Assembly (NCBI GenBank): GCA_002256025.1
Contig: NKIB01013009.1
Coordinates: 1-64,000, forward strand
Direction: 5' to 3'
DNA length: 64,000 nt
Origin: Asterionella formosa
Taxonomy: Eukaryota
Shown: one piece after another, positions 11,601 to 23,360 of the stretch
Layout: each line of letters begins with the position of its first letter
Position numbering within the stretch: position 1 is the first letter of the stretch
The notes under the pieces: generated by a model
The model's input: the letters and a program-made list of their open reading frames with translations, nothing else
Databases searched by the model: none
Told to the model about the DNA's origin: nothing
Made by a program: the position numbers and the translations under genes

Positions 11601-12925
11601 TTTCATGTTCCTTGTCATGCATACACTTTGCTCCTGAATTGAAGGATCATCACACATGATGATGCAGAAAGCGAAAGTGATAATACAGCACAATGATACT
11701 TGCAGCTTAGAAGAGAAGGAGGGCGGAATCAATTGATGGTAAGTCAAGAGCAAATGCCTTTCATGTTCCTTGTCATGCATACACTTCCTGAAATGAAGGA
11801 TCTCAAGCAACACATGATGCGAAAAACTGAAGTGACAATACAGCACGATGATACACCATGTGGCTAAGAAGGAGTGAATATGATGGAGAAGGGCGGAATC
11901 AACAAGCTGTGCATAGCATCACGGTTTGTCAAGAGCAAATGCCAGGATGATCAATTGCTGGGATTACAAATACGGAATGACTCGTCCCCTTTCAGTGATG
12001 AAATAGCTCCTTTTCGATTTGGTGGCTGGCCAACCATCAATGTGGACAAAAGGAATCGGTAAGTGCTATCAGCCATCTTTGGATCAATCCACAACTGTTA
12101 GAAAAACTGACACATATGTGTTGCTTCTTTCAGGATAATGGTAGACAAACAGTATTTGTAAGTTCCAAAGAGCAGTGTTAGAGCCCATTTATTGATCGAT
12201 ACTTTGCTTCTCATTCAATCTTTGACTGACACATTCTTCTACAGAAATATGCATCAGTTACTTCCTCAATTTGTGGTAAGTGAAGCAAGATAGAAGCGAA
12301 ATGAATGTTGTTGTGTAAGCAAAACATGAACAGCTAACAATGAATTGCTTCTCTTTGTTAGTATGGCTGATTGGAACAACGAAACGGATTCAATAGTAAT
12401 AGGAAAATGCATGAATGCAAACTCAGAACAGCACGCAGGAGTAAATGGAACAAAGCAGAGGAACAACGGCAAGGCAACCAGTACAACAACCTTCAGAATT
12501 GGATTGGGGGGAAGGTGGAAGTGAAAGCTGAAGCACCAATCATTGCGACAAGAGCATTGTAGCTAGAACATTCTGTAGCCACTCAAGATATAGAAACATA
12601 AAACCATTCTCAAATATAGTTCTAAATTTCGATCAATTTCATCCTATTTTAGACAGTGATATCGATGAGATGCTAAGATAGATGCATGACAAAAGTATAC
12701 GCATGATATGACCATGTTTAACTAATTAAATGATGCAATGGTATTATAACTATGATAGTACTATCATCATACTTCAAGCTCGGTAAAAGTTTACTGCATG
12801 AACATAATTATATGATACATTGATCATATTTTTGATCGAAAAACTATCATATGCGTAAAAATCCTGTGCCACTTAGCGTACGATACCCTTGATCCTATAT
12901 TCATGATAGTTTTTATTTACAGACG
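8656..12925 (+). mobile_element. 4.27-kb TIR DNA transposon with a decayed IS630/Tc1-mariner-like transposase, nested inside the YR ORF
   Basis: 23-bp imperfect TIRs: cgtatgcaaataaaaactatcat (8656) and atgatagtttttatttacagacg (to 12925), 2 mismatches. Plus-strand relic motifs: RMAAVGFRHKP*QKHLYLIDVHEKRDTLAYR (about 9430-9521), VLREQE*IDP (about 10012-10040), FEVVLTP...EGIE (about 10203-10270). Subterminal GATCAT/AACTATCAT-rich repeats. Confidence 0.8.
11595..11950. repeat. Local imperfect tandem duplication (about 160-bp unit) inside the TIR element
   Basis: tcatgttccttgtcatgcatacactt, aagtgaYaatacagcacRatgatac, gggcggaatcaa and gtcaagagcaaatgcc each occur twice. Confidence 0.75.
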
Positions 12926-13150
12926 CGAAGACATAGGCCATGATCTATCTTGGCGGCATTTGCCACCACTTTGGATGGTGCACAGCTCCAGAAGACATCT
13001 AAGGTCACTCATTGAATGCAGGCCAACAAAAGAATGTCAGAAGCGTTAGACATCTTGGGATCATTAAGCCGTAATTTCCGAAAAATGCATAAATCACACT
13101 CAAAAGACATCATCAAATGGATGATCGGCATGGTGAAAAGTGAATTTGCT
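12926..13150 (-). pseudogene. Tyrosine-recombinase ORF remnant, 5' part
   Basis: Reads HLMMSFECDLCIFRKLR...LLLACIQ*VTLDVFWSCAPSKVVAN..., the N-terminal CxxC/LDxFWS block I recall from diatom YR proteins. It joins in frame to the 8655 side when 8656-12925 is removed. Confidence 0.8.
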
Positions 13151-14239
13151 AGAGTCACTTTTCAGGTGACGAACAAAAATGAGGTGAATGCTAGATATAT
13201 TATAATAAAATCTGTAGATTATATTAAATGGTTTCCTTAAGTAGACCCCTTGCCGATTTCAGCAATCCCAGGGCTGGAAAACTGAGGGGCAAGTAGCGTA
13301 AATTTTCTTTGGAAAATGCTAAGATAGAAATTTTGAAAATATACTTTGATGATGGGCAACACCGGACCTTTGGCAATTTTTGATTAGAATTTTGAAATTA
13401 TATGATGGGCAATAGCAAGCTAAAAATAACATTTCTTCTCCTTTGGTTGGGGGCAGTAGGTGAGCGAAGAGTCTAGGTTATGAAGCGCCTCAACAATATT
13501 GTACCCTACTACATGCCCGCAAATAGTATACAGTACACTAAACGGCAGTTATCTGTTGGTTAGTCTACACTTTTTGTAGACTTTTAGACTCAACTCAATT
13601 CCTCTCACGTACCAGGTTCAACGATACTCCTCAGGTGGCCGTACAAAAGTATTCAATCAAGTGTATACTTTCCACTTTCACTATCGGGGTGTGCTTTGTG
13701 GACGTACAATGTCAGTAGCGTAGTACCAGCAGGTAGGGGCCAATTGATATTCTACACCACCAGCCAGCGGCTGTTTTCATTTCCCGACTCGATCAACTAG
13801 TACCGGTTTGCTGGTATAGGTACAAATGTACCAGTGCCTGCCCCTAAACCCTGGTACCTGGTTACCAGGTACCAGGTAACATACCGGTACCAGGTAAAAA
13901 GTTGTACCAGGGTACTCACTCTGTCTAGTAACAGTTGCATCGATTCGCCGGGACCACCAGTGTCTTTACTGTTTGCATATAAAGGATTATGTAGCCAACA
14001 CACCAAATTTCTACGTGAGGGTCGGCTTACTCGAAAAAATGCGTTTTTTATGAGTTACATAGACGAGAACATATACTCGGTTTCTGTAATAAAATTTTTA
14101 GCAAAGCATTTCTTAGCTCTGCGAAGCGAATATCAAATGGAAAAATATGCTCATTTTCAAATATTCGAAAGTTTCATGATTCTATTTTATTCGTTGCAGA
14201 GCAGGCATCAGAAGTTCTACCTCAAATCTACCTGTAATT

Positions 14240-15200
14240 GACAAACAACCAAGCCAATCATTTTCTGCAATTCCACTATTGCAATATCCTAGCATCCTTC
14301 AGCGCTTTCAAAAATTTGTGACACTTGATAGAACTGAAAACATACCCCAAGCCACCACAGGGATCCCACCACATATTGATCACTCACAAAAATTGAGTGA
14401 GATTCTTCTAAGAGTCACTCAAATACCATCAATGATGATGCATCAGACAGAGGAAATCAAAGATTCTGTAGTTCAAGCAATTGAAGAGCATGACATCCGT
14501 GGTGGTGTCATTACAATCGATTTTCTAAATGATCGGTTGAAAGAGCATCACAAACAGCTTGAACAGGTGCTTTGTGATCAGCTTTAACAAGGTGGAACAA
14601 ATGATCAGGTAACTCGACCACTCTCTGAACAAGAAAACCAACAAGGTCAACAGAAGGGGATAGGTCATACTTTGTAATGCTATGATGGAAAGTTTTGGCA
14701 GGTCCCAAGGGGTTGGCAGTTTCCTGAAAAGATTCTCCATCGGACACGGTGGAGTCTATGGCAAAATGGACAACCAGGCATTGTCAGACCATTTCGCCTT
14801 CTTGATCCACCGTAACTATCCCCTGACAAGAAACTCCGGGATAGACTGAAATAAGAGTGGAGACCAATTTTCCAAGCACCAGACATGGAGATTCCAACAG
14901 GGTCAGACAATGTTACACCAGAATTTGTTGAGCAATCATTTCCGTAGGGAACTTATTATCTCGAGGCAAGAGCTGGATATGTTTGGGAGCGTTCAACAAG
15001 ACCTGAAGCTCTTACTATCAGCTCATGGTCTAAAAATGTTCAGCGGAATAATATTGAGAAGTTTGGGAATGATAATGACCATGCCAATCTTCCACCTCAA
15101 GATTGGCACAATGCTCTCCACAGCAATATACAGCAGTAGCGGCGCCAGCTTGCACCTAAGGTACTTGATCAAAGAAGAAGAGTTCATCAGAGAAACAATT
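14240..15200 (+). pseudogene. Decayed Crypton-like (stramenopile YR DNA transposon) C-terminal region
   Basis: Across frameshifts and stops: ATTGIPPH, DGKFWQVPRGWQFP, WSLWQNG, RPFRLL, WRPIF, TISSWSKNVQR..IEKFGNDND. These motifs resemble what I recall of oomycete/diatom Crypton-derived proteins. No catalytic domain is visible. Confidence 0.5.
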
Positions 15201-15439
15201 CTCCTTGACATTATTAGTGAATATTTATATAGATATATATCATATTATGTATATACTATAGAAAGCAAGTAAGTGGTAAACAAGCGGCTGGTGTAGCCAG
15301 AGATGTTCTAGTTAAAAGCAAGTGAGAAGTACAGCAGAGTTTCAGCGGGCACTACTGGCTGATGGGGGTTTATTTTTTAAAGGCTTTTTATGGATTACAA
15401 ACACACCACTGTTCCATGCATGCTATCACTAGACTATTC

Positions 15440-15701
15440 CTACTACTGAACGAATTAATATTTGTCATATCAAACCTTTTCATAGGTGAGAGGTTTTCCT
15501 TGATGTGGGAGAGTGAGCAATCTTGCTCAACTACAGATATACCTAAAAGGTTAGGTTTACATAGATATATCAGAACTCCATCAGGAGAGAACTCGACTAA
15601 TACCTTTGTGAATACTTGAGTCTCAACCTAGGAGATCGAGTTGCACACAAGAATTAACAAATAAGCTCATATATTCAACAAATACTACTACTTCTAGTTA
15701 G
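15440..15701 (-). repeat. Dispersed repeat family A, copy 1 (about 260 bp, inverted relative to copies 2 and 3)
   Basis: Reverse complement of 27578-27856 (e.g. aacctaggagatcgagttgcacacaag, taagctcatatattcaacaaatactactacttctagttag). Confidence 0.9.
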
Positions 15702-16664
15702 ATACTTTACCAGGTACCTGGTACCCCTGGTACCACCTAAAAACTGAGAGTCAACGTTTGAAAGATTTTGAACTGAGAGTCAATGTTAAATCGAGTAAAT
15801 TCACGTTTTGGGCTAAATATGCTAGATACGAACATAATTTTTCAAGCAATGTTGTAGCGATTTATGTACCAACCAATAATGATCATGCTTTAAACTCGTC
15901 AATTAGCTAGCGTTACTTCCATATTTGGTCCCAAAGGTTGCTGTTGATGAGAAATGAAATAAAAATGCTAAATTAAATTTTACTCCATTCAGCTGGCATC
16001 ACCTTTTATATATGTATTCAGGTATAAGAAAGTATTTCTGTCGGTAGATTCATTTAGTGTCCGAATAGATTTTTTTGTCATGGTAAAATAAATATTGACG
16101 TCATTTTGCATTCTCCTCTCCCTAAATGGAGAACATCAGCTGCGACCTCTTGGCATGACTACCTGAAACACTACATATGAGGATTTGTCATGAAATCACA
16201 AGAATCACCCGTGAAATGAATTGAAACAAGAGGAGGACCACTGGACAGATGAAAACTTGAAGTGATTGATATGCGAGGTCCGAATGAATCCCTGATGAAT
16301 ATGCTACCAGTACTGTTATCATCGGCACTTGAAACCATGGTACCTGGCACCGGTAGCTGGTACCGCTAATTATAGGATCAACAAAAGTAATAGAAAATAG
16401 TTTATCGGGTACCAGGTACTGGTACTAGGTGCTCCGAGTGCCTGGTATTTCAGTTTACATGGTGCGTGTATATGATGCTGTGTTTCATAGGATGCATATT
16501 GCCGTACCCCCGGCACTGGTAACACCACAGCAGTGGAATATTCTACCAGGCAAACCGGGTAGATATTATGATATGAATACATATATCGCTCGACAGCTGC
16601 ATATAACGGACTGACGTACGGACATTCTACAGCAAGTGTAGACTTTCATAGGGCACTTATACAT

Positions 16665-16892
16665 AGGTTGTGAATTGCCCATAGTTTGTAATTTTGTGCA
16701 ACTGGTACGGATCCCAGTACGAGTACCGGGGTACTCGACTTGGGAGGCCCTCACAGGAAGACCGTCTCGCAACGCCGGGGGAGCCGTTCGTTCGGTTAAC
16801 CTACCGGTTCTCGCGCCTCCCAAGCCTCGAACAACGCAGGACAAGAATACTTGCAGGGGGCAATTTCCACCCTCGGTCGTGTCTTACCTTCA
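16665..16892. repeat. Dispersed repeat family B, copy 1 (GC-rich, about 230 bp)
   Basis: Shares taggttgtgaattgcc, tctcgcaacgccgg, aacctaccggt.ctcgcgcctcccaagcctcgaaca and cctcggtcgtgtcttaccttcag with 43993-44220. Confidence 0.9.
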
Positions 16893-16953
16893 GTATGCTT
16901 TACCTGGTAAAAAAGTACAATCCTCATTAATATTTAGGACATGCACTTTAACC

Positions 16954-18435
16954 ATGACGACCTCGCTGGATCCCGAAGCTGCCACTTGGATCATTGACTA
17001 TCTCAATCTTCCACCGTATAAAGCAACCAATATTCGAGAGTACGGTGTATCCACTTTGGTCGGTGAGCGTCGTTGATTCGTTATGATTTGCTTCGCTGGG
17101 TTTTTCACGGGGGAATGTACGAAGACAATTGCTTGCAAGCGCCTGGGCTCACCCCCTTATCACTCTCGCTCTCTCACTATCACGAAAGTCCGAGACATGA
17201 AGATGCTTTGGCACGCCATAGAACCCTTCATGCCTCATCTGCGCATGAAATCTCAAGCGTCAAAGGGCAAATGGGTCGAGGCGGTTTGCTTGGCTTTAAA
17301 TACGCCAGGATTGGTGCTGTCCCTTCCTCGTGCTCCGTCGCAGCAGAGCTACGTTCCTGTCCGATCATCATTCGCAATCATGCCTTTCACGAGTCGCATA
17401 CCTGAGCTTACCCAGCAATCTCGGGTACATCTACCCATTTCGGTCCCTCCTTCCTCGCTCTCCGTTTCATTTCAAATGCCTCTAATGACAGAGCCTTCCA
17501 ATCTGGGAGACTGTCCCTTTGAACGCAGCCTCCAATTCATGTTTGGTGATGCTAACATGTTGCCTCCGCCAATCATGTTTCCCAGGAGCAGTATCAGCTG
17601 CAACACTCAGAAGCGAAAGCGAGACGGGACAGTCACGGTCAAGACAGAACCAGGATTTCTATACAGCCAATCACAGTTCCGTGACAATGAGGACAGACCC
17701 TGCACGTTGCAAGAATCCACCATGATGAATGAACTGCGCCAAATGGGATTTTCTGATGAGCGAGAAATGCTGGCGGGGATCCGGCACGTGTCATCGCAAG
17801 TTTTACACCAGCGAGTGGACGATGCCATGATGTGGATTGTTCAACAACGCGAAGAAGCGGCAGAGGCAAAAAAGGTGGATGCTGTTAGAGCAAGATCGGA
17901 GAGCTTGAGGTATGAGCAGGTGGAACTGAAGCGTAGGAATAAAAAAGCAAGAATGGATGCAGCGACGATGTATGAGTGGGCGACGGAGCGTGAATTCTTT
18001 CAGGGATCCGTGATCTTGCAGTTTGCGTCAGCTGTGCTAGAGCCTTTGAGAAAAAGTCATGAAAAGGTCCTGGTGGATTTTTTGGAATTGGAAAAAAATG
18101 CTCGGAAGTGGTTTGGACCCAATGTACCTTATTGCTATTTTCTCAAGCGAGCGCAAGAATGGAGGGAGATGGGCACTTTTAATCTTGCAGATGATATCTT
18201 AAAGGAAACGGCAATTGTTCAAACAGCCATGTTCGCCTTGTCGGAACAACAAGGGGGTGTCCCAAAGGTATTTATGCTAGCTACCAAGGAATTCAAAGAT
18301 AAAGGGTTACCGACAGGACCAAATGGAAGCATTGAAGACGACGAAATTGCTGTCATTGAAGATTGGAACATTCCTGAAGCGGCGCAACCAAAAGTTGACA
18401 TGCAACAAGAAGTGATCGAGATCGATTTCAAATAG
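16954..18435 (+). CDS. Hypothetical protein with a UBA-like domain; exons 16954-17062 and 17189-18435
   Basis: A GTGAG...AAAG intron at 17063-17188 joins MTTSLDPE...STLV in frame to VRDMKMLW. LRQMGFSD...VDDAMMWI is a UBA-like signature. Confidence 0.72.
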
Positions 18436-18544
18436 AGAGAACGTCAATGTTACGATCTTGGAAAGTGTAGGTTCACGTCAGTTAGTGTATTATTGGTAGA
18501 CTGGTCATTTTACCCTACAGAAGGTGTGTGTTTGACATACTCCA

Positions 18545-19583
18545 TTACAGCATCATCATGGAATCTACATAATTGGCGGGATTATCAGGATCACAGCAAG
18601 GGCATCCAGGCTGTCGAATACCAGCTGAATGTTCTCGTTGTGATAGCTGTGCCAAGAACTGCGTTGAGTTTTGTGTCATGGCGTTCATCATTGTATCAAC
18701 CTTTTGTTGTCTCCTCCAATCCATGGAAGTTGGTACGGCCTTGGGCGCTAATGTCATGACTACTGGGTTACTATATGTGACAGTTGATTTGAGGTTGTTG
18801 GCGGACAAAGTATCTACTGTGGCACGGGTTGGAGCTTTCGTAATGTCATGGGATGCAAAGTAGATTGGTTGGTGACAGCCGCATTTGTCGCTATAGCTAG
18901 TACATTTGAAAAGGAACATCATAGATAACTGTCGTGTATGACATCTTGCTTCTGATTCACTTACCATGTTCATCTATTATGCGTCGAATAACCACGTTTC
19001 CTGTTGGCTGCATCACTGCTGCCGTCTTTGTTGCTTCAGGGGCTACATCATCCACCGTTTTTACTGGCGGAAAGTCTTTCCCATACTCTGGTGCTACGCA
19101 ACCTCGTTCCAGATATTCGTTCAAACTGGCCATCAAATAGGTCACCATTAGCTTCTTCCCCTCTAAATCATTGTCATCCATCATTTGCGTGACTTGCGCC
19201 AACATGACATCTCTCGCCTGCAGACATAGACTTGCCACACTGCGTCTACCACCCTTGAAAGCAGGAGGTAGCGCATCCAAGACGTCGTCTTTGGTCACAT
19301 CCGCCATGGGCTTGAGCACCTTGGTCTTGTAGGTTCCTCCTGTCGCAGATTCGGGCAGTCCTTTCAGCAACTCCGTGTTATTGTTACTGCCTAGTGCTGG
19401 TTTGGGGAAAACGACGCACAGGATCGTTTCTAAAGGAACACAGCCAGGTGCCTTGCACGAAACTTGCATCACCATGACACTCGTGCCTTGGTCCAGGACG
19501 TTGTCGTTCATAGTGTCTTCCACGTAGGCCATGATTCGACGTTTGTGCTGCCGGAGCACAATGTTTTCGTTGGCTGAAAACAT
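18545..19583 (-). CDS. Conserved hypothetical protein with QVSCKAPGCVPLET and C-terminal GCPCCDPDN motifs; one intron at about 18814/18817-18964
   Basis: ORF 18957..19583 ends at a GTAAGT donor (18964). AG acceptors giving an exon start at 18816 or 18813 restore the frame of ORF 18545..18973. Confidence 0.7.
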
Positions 19584-20210
19584 TGACTACTGCGCCTGTA
19601 CTATGATCTATAATCTATGATGTTGTCTCCTCTGCAGTAGGAACTGTGAAATGATTGATACGACAGATAAGTGGAATTCGCCTCAGAGCTTATCTGTGTG
19701 AATCATTCCTATTAATGGGTTTTCAATAAATACCTGCCGACGGAATCACATCGTTCGTGTTCGTCGAAAAACACGGAACGCCCCCTCGTCTCCGGGACAA
19801 ACGCGACGACAATTTCGGTACATTTGTACCTGTAGGCTTGTTCCGTCTGTTGGCAAGGCAGTTGTTTAGCGTGATAGATGGACAGAAGCAATGGTACGGT
19901 GGCGTAACAAGAAATGAAACTGTAGTGGAATGGTGCTACGGTACCAGGGGTACCTGGTACGTCATCCTAAGCATGCATTCTCTACGTAACCTGTTGTTAT
20001 TTTTGGAATATTATATTATGGCTGCGCAGACATGAAATACATACTACAGTACTGGTAAAATGCATCCTCACAGAATCGTTGTGCGTACGTGCGTACCATG
20101 GAGTACCAGGTACAGCATTTTTATCATACTGGTAATGATTTATTTCTTTTCATTTAAAATCTGCCTTTGACATCCATCACACAGTTCGTGCATTATTAGA
20201 AGGACACATC

Positions 20211-20966
20211 ATGGCAATAACTTCATTCTACTATCATATAGTCGCAGCCACGCTTCTATGTACACCTATCCAAACCTTCGAACTTCACGGTTCACCACAA
20301 AGATCGCCAACATTTGTTCTTCACGCCCATCACAGTCGCCGTAGTGCCTTGCTAATCGCTGGTGCTTCATTGCAATGCCTCTCGTTGCCCCCAACAGGCC
20401 GCGCTGTCCAAGACAATCCCACCAACCTCGCTCCTACTTCCTCTGGTAGAAGGGGCTGCACGACCGTCACCAACCCATCACAAACGATAGTGACTTGTCG
20501 CGGTGATTTGGTAGCATCAAACACAGATGCCCGCGTCTCGAAAATTTCGGCTACAGAGAATGGTGTCTCCACATCCGCAGTCAAGAATCCGTCTAGATTC
20601 AGTCCACCGTGGACGTATCTGACGGAGACGGACGATTCTCGTGTGGCATGGGGCTCACTGGCAAAGGCGGTAGCGAAAGAGGCGGACATTGTGCAATTGA
20701 CGGATACATATATGCATGCCACAGCTCCGACGCAATTTCCTGCTGGGATTCTGGGCGAGGCTGGGTTGGATGATTTGGAGTTTATTCTGAGAAAAGAGGA
20801 CAATTTGGTCTTATACCGTAGTGCGAGTCGGACAAGTATCTTCGTATATCCATTAACACAGCCTGTGAGTGATCGAAATACAAATTTGCAGAGGCTTGAA
20901 AAGATTCGCAACACTCTGGGATGGGAAGAGCTTGGCTACAAACAGGAAGGGAGTCAAATGATATAA
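20211..20966 (+). CDS. DUF1499 family protein, probably plastid/thylakoid-lumen targeted
   Basis: Signal peptide followed by F-E, twin-Arg SRRSALL, NGVSTS, DDLEF...VLYRSASR...SD..TN.QRLEKIR..LGW. Confidence 0.85.
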   Translation: MAITSFYYHIVAATLLCTPIQTFELHGSPQRSPTFVLHAHHSRRSALLIAGASLQCLSLPPTGRAVQDNPTNLAPTSSGRRGCTTVTNPSQTIVTCRGDLVASNTDARVSKISATENGVSTSAVKNPSRFSPPWTYLTETDDSRVAWGSLAKAVAKEADIVQLTDTYMHATAPTQFPAGILGEAGLDDLEFILRKEDNLVLYRSASRTSIFVYPLTQPVSDRNTNLQRLEKIRNTLGWEELGYKQEGSQMI

Positions 20967-21439
20967 GTGAGTAATTCAAAAGGATGCTAGAATAAAAAGA
21001 CAATAAATCAGGTTCACTAATTTGATCTGAACACTTGGAACAGAGTTACAGTTCAGAGTGACCGATGCTAGCCCATTACAGAAAAGTACATGCAAAAATT
21101 TACATCAAGCTTCATGTGCCATAGACCTGATATAAGCAAATATCACCCTGTTAACAGTTCTATATAGATTGGTGGTAGGTGGATATGAGGTAGAATGAAA
21201 ACAGTACACAAGAGGGCATGCACAGGAGCCTGATGTCTCTCTCAACTGGGTTTCCTCAGACCCTGCAAGATTTCTAAACTAGCAGTACCAGGGGGAGAGA
21301 TTCATCTAGCAAAAGTAAAAAGTATTTTCTTATGGAAATGATGAAAAGAACAATGTAAAACTCTGGAAAAAACGATGCATCACTTTTTCACGCTACTGAA
21401 AGATTTCCGTCACGAATACGAATAAAATGGCAAAAGAAA

Positions 21440-21512
21440 TGGAGAATGCCGGAATCGAACCGGCGACCTCGTGCATGCTAAGCACGCGCTCTGCCAACTG
21501 AGCTAATCCCCC
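21440..21512 (-). tRNA. tRNA-Ala (anticodon AGC)
   Basis: GGGGGATTAGCTCAGTTGGCAGAGCGCGTGCTTAGCATGCACGAGGTCGCCGGTTCGATTCCGGCATTCTCCA folds as a cloverleaf with the G3:U70 alanine identity pair and TTCGA T-loop. It is followed by TTTCTTTT (Pol III terminator-like). Confidence 0.97.
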
Positions 21513-21588
21513 TATATTCCGAGGGAGTCTACATCAAATTTCAAAAAGCTTGTTTTACGCATTGCTCAGCACTCCACTCTGATTAGTA

Positions 21589-21684
21589 CCAGCAAGTTGA
21601 GGTAATTTTGCTGAAACTAAAGTTTTAGCTATCTTCATCCCAGATTAAAATGTTAGTTTAAGCAAAATGACCGCAACTTTAAGG
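21589..21684. mobile_element. MITE family 1 (96 bp, Tc1/mariner-type), copy 1
   Basis: TIRs CCAGCAAGTTGaGGTAATTTTGCT / AGCAAAATGACCGCAACTTtaaGG, with TA on both sides. Confidence 0.88.
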
Positions 21685-22028
21685 TACCGGGTACTCATAA
21701 AATAAATACCCATTCATATATACCGTACACTGTACGTAGTGCTTTTTGATTCCACAACTTCTGGATCCATGTACTGCTGTTCAAAATATACAGGTATGCC
21801 GATGAAAAGAATACCGGTATTCCAGGTATTCTACACCGGAGAGCGATCTTAACACTCTCCGGTAGTTGTGTCCTTGTTGCGGTTGTTTCTCTAAAACAAC
21901 ACATCACCAATTCGTTACCCACCCACATTAGCCAAGTCTCGTTGATCAGAACGTCGGCAGTGTGAAACAACGACATTATGTTTACGAATGATTGCATGCC
22001 TTCAAAACAAAGCGCTGTAAACTAACAA

Positions 22029-23360
22029 ATGGATTCTGCTTCATTTCATGATGATACGAACGGGTTGGCGAGTGTCGCTATGTTGTCGATTTTCCTGGGA
22101 GCGATTATCGCCGGGATGACTATTTTCTTTTGGATAGATCCGCTATCAAAGGATATTGCTATTGGATCCCTGAACAAATTCAGAGTTCCCTTTATTGTGA
22201 GAGAGGAACCAAAATGGTCAGACCTCTCGAAATCGCTGAAAGAATTCAATCAACGAGTTGACACATGCTTAGGGGCCCTCAGTCTTCAGCTCGATGCTGC
22301 GAAACTCCGAGAGGCAATATATGGAGGGCAAATCCTATCAAAATCAATTACCGAACGAATCGAAACGCTTAGCGTCATTTTGGACAGTGATTCTTTCGTG
22401 CTGGCGACGATGCTGAAAAGATTTGCACTGCAACAGGCCTTGCCTGATCAACATGGGGAGCTAGGTACTGGTGCTCAGATCCAAGAGGATGCACTTCAAA
22501 ATGGACACTGTGACTTGCCACTACAAAACGAATGCACCCCGCCACCCCGTTATATTGATGAAAATGATCTATCCAATCCAACCTCGTCCTACGACTCTTC
22601 TATGCAAGTGATGGCTCACATTGTACGCGACTGGACAGTCTTAGGACGAGGAGTGAGATCTTCCACCTACGGTTGGTGCCAGCATCAACTAAAGACACTT
22701 CATTCCTCCACCATTCTTGTTCCAGGAGCTGGCCTAGGACGGTTGGCTTTTGATCTTGCACAACGCGGACACTCTGTTGAGGCCAACGAGCTTTCCATTG
22801 TAATGGCTGCCGTTACAAATTCAATTCTCAATCAGCAAATGAAAGGAAAAATTCATCCATTTAGTCTCGATTACTTCTTCAACGAAGTGGACCACAACTT
22901 GAGAAAAAAAGCTGTTTATTTTCCAGATGTTCTGATTGGAAGCAACACACGAGGAAGTCTATCCTTTACCCTTGGGGAGTTTGTATTGACATATGCTAAG
23001 TCATACAATCAATATGATGCAATCATAACCTGTTTTTTCATTGACACTGCCAGCAACATTTATGACTATTTAGCTGTTATTTACAATGCATTAAAAGATG
23101 GTGGACAATGGATTAATGTGGGACCACTTCAATGGCATTCCAATGCATATTTGCAACCATCCGTCAAAGAGCTCAAGGAAATGACCAAAGAAATGGGATT
23201 TTCAATTCAGAAATGGAGCATTGATGACAATGCTATGGACTATCGCATGGATGATAATTCAGTGCAATCAACCAAGTTTGAAGGATATCGACCATTGAGA
23301 GTGGTTGCTGTGAAGATACAAAGGGAGAAACCATACAGAATACATAAAACAAAAAAGTAG
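22029..23360 (+). CDS. CARNMT1: Carnosine N-methyltransferase-like (N2227 family), with an N-terminal TM segment
   Basis: HIVRDW, ILVPGAGLGRLAFDLA, EANELS, TCFFIDTASNI and WINVGPLQWH motifs. Confidence 0.9.
   Translation: MDSASFHDDTNGLASVAMLSIFLGAIIAGMTIFFWIDPLSKDIAIGSLNKFRVPFIVREEPKWSDLSKSLKEFNQRVDTCLGALSLQLDAAKLREAIYGGQILSKSITERIETLSVILDSDSFVLATMLKRFALQQALPDQHGELGTGAQIQEDALQNGHCDLPLQNECTPPPRYIDENDLSNPTSSYDSSMQVMAHIVRDWTVLGRGVRSSTYGWCQHQLKTLHSSTILVPGAGLGRLAFDLAQRGHSVEANELSIVMAAVTNSILNQQMKGKIHPFSLDYFFNEVDHNLRKKAVYFPDVLIGSNTRGSLSFTLGEFVLTYAKSYNQYDAIITCFFIDTASNIYDYLAVIYNALKDGGQWINVGPLQWHSNAYLQPSVKELKEMTKEMGFSIQKWSIDDNAMDYRMDDNSVQSTKFEGYRPLRVVAVKIQREKPYRIHKTKK

Noticed and set aside
16745..16892. 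Repeat B as a hammerhead or HDV-like ribozyme
   Set aside because: I could not find a complete CUGANGA/GAAA core or the nested HDV pseudoknot by eye on either strand.
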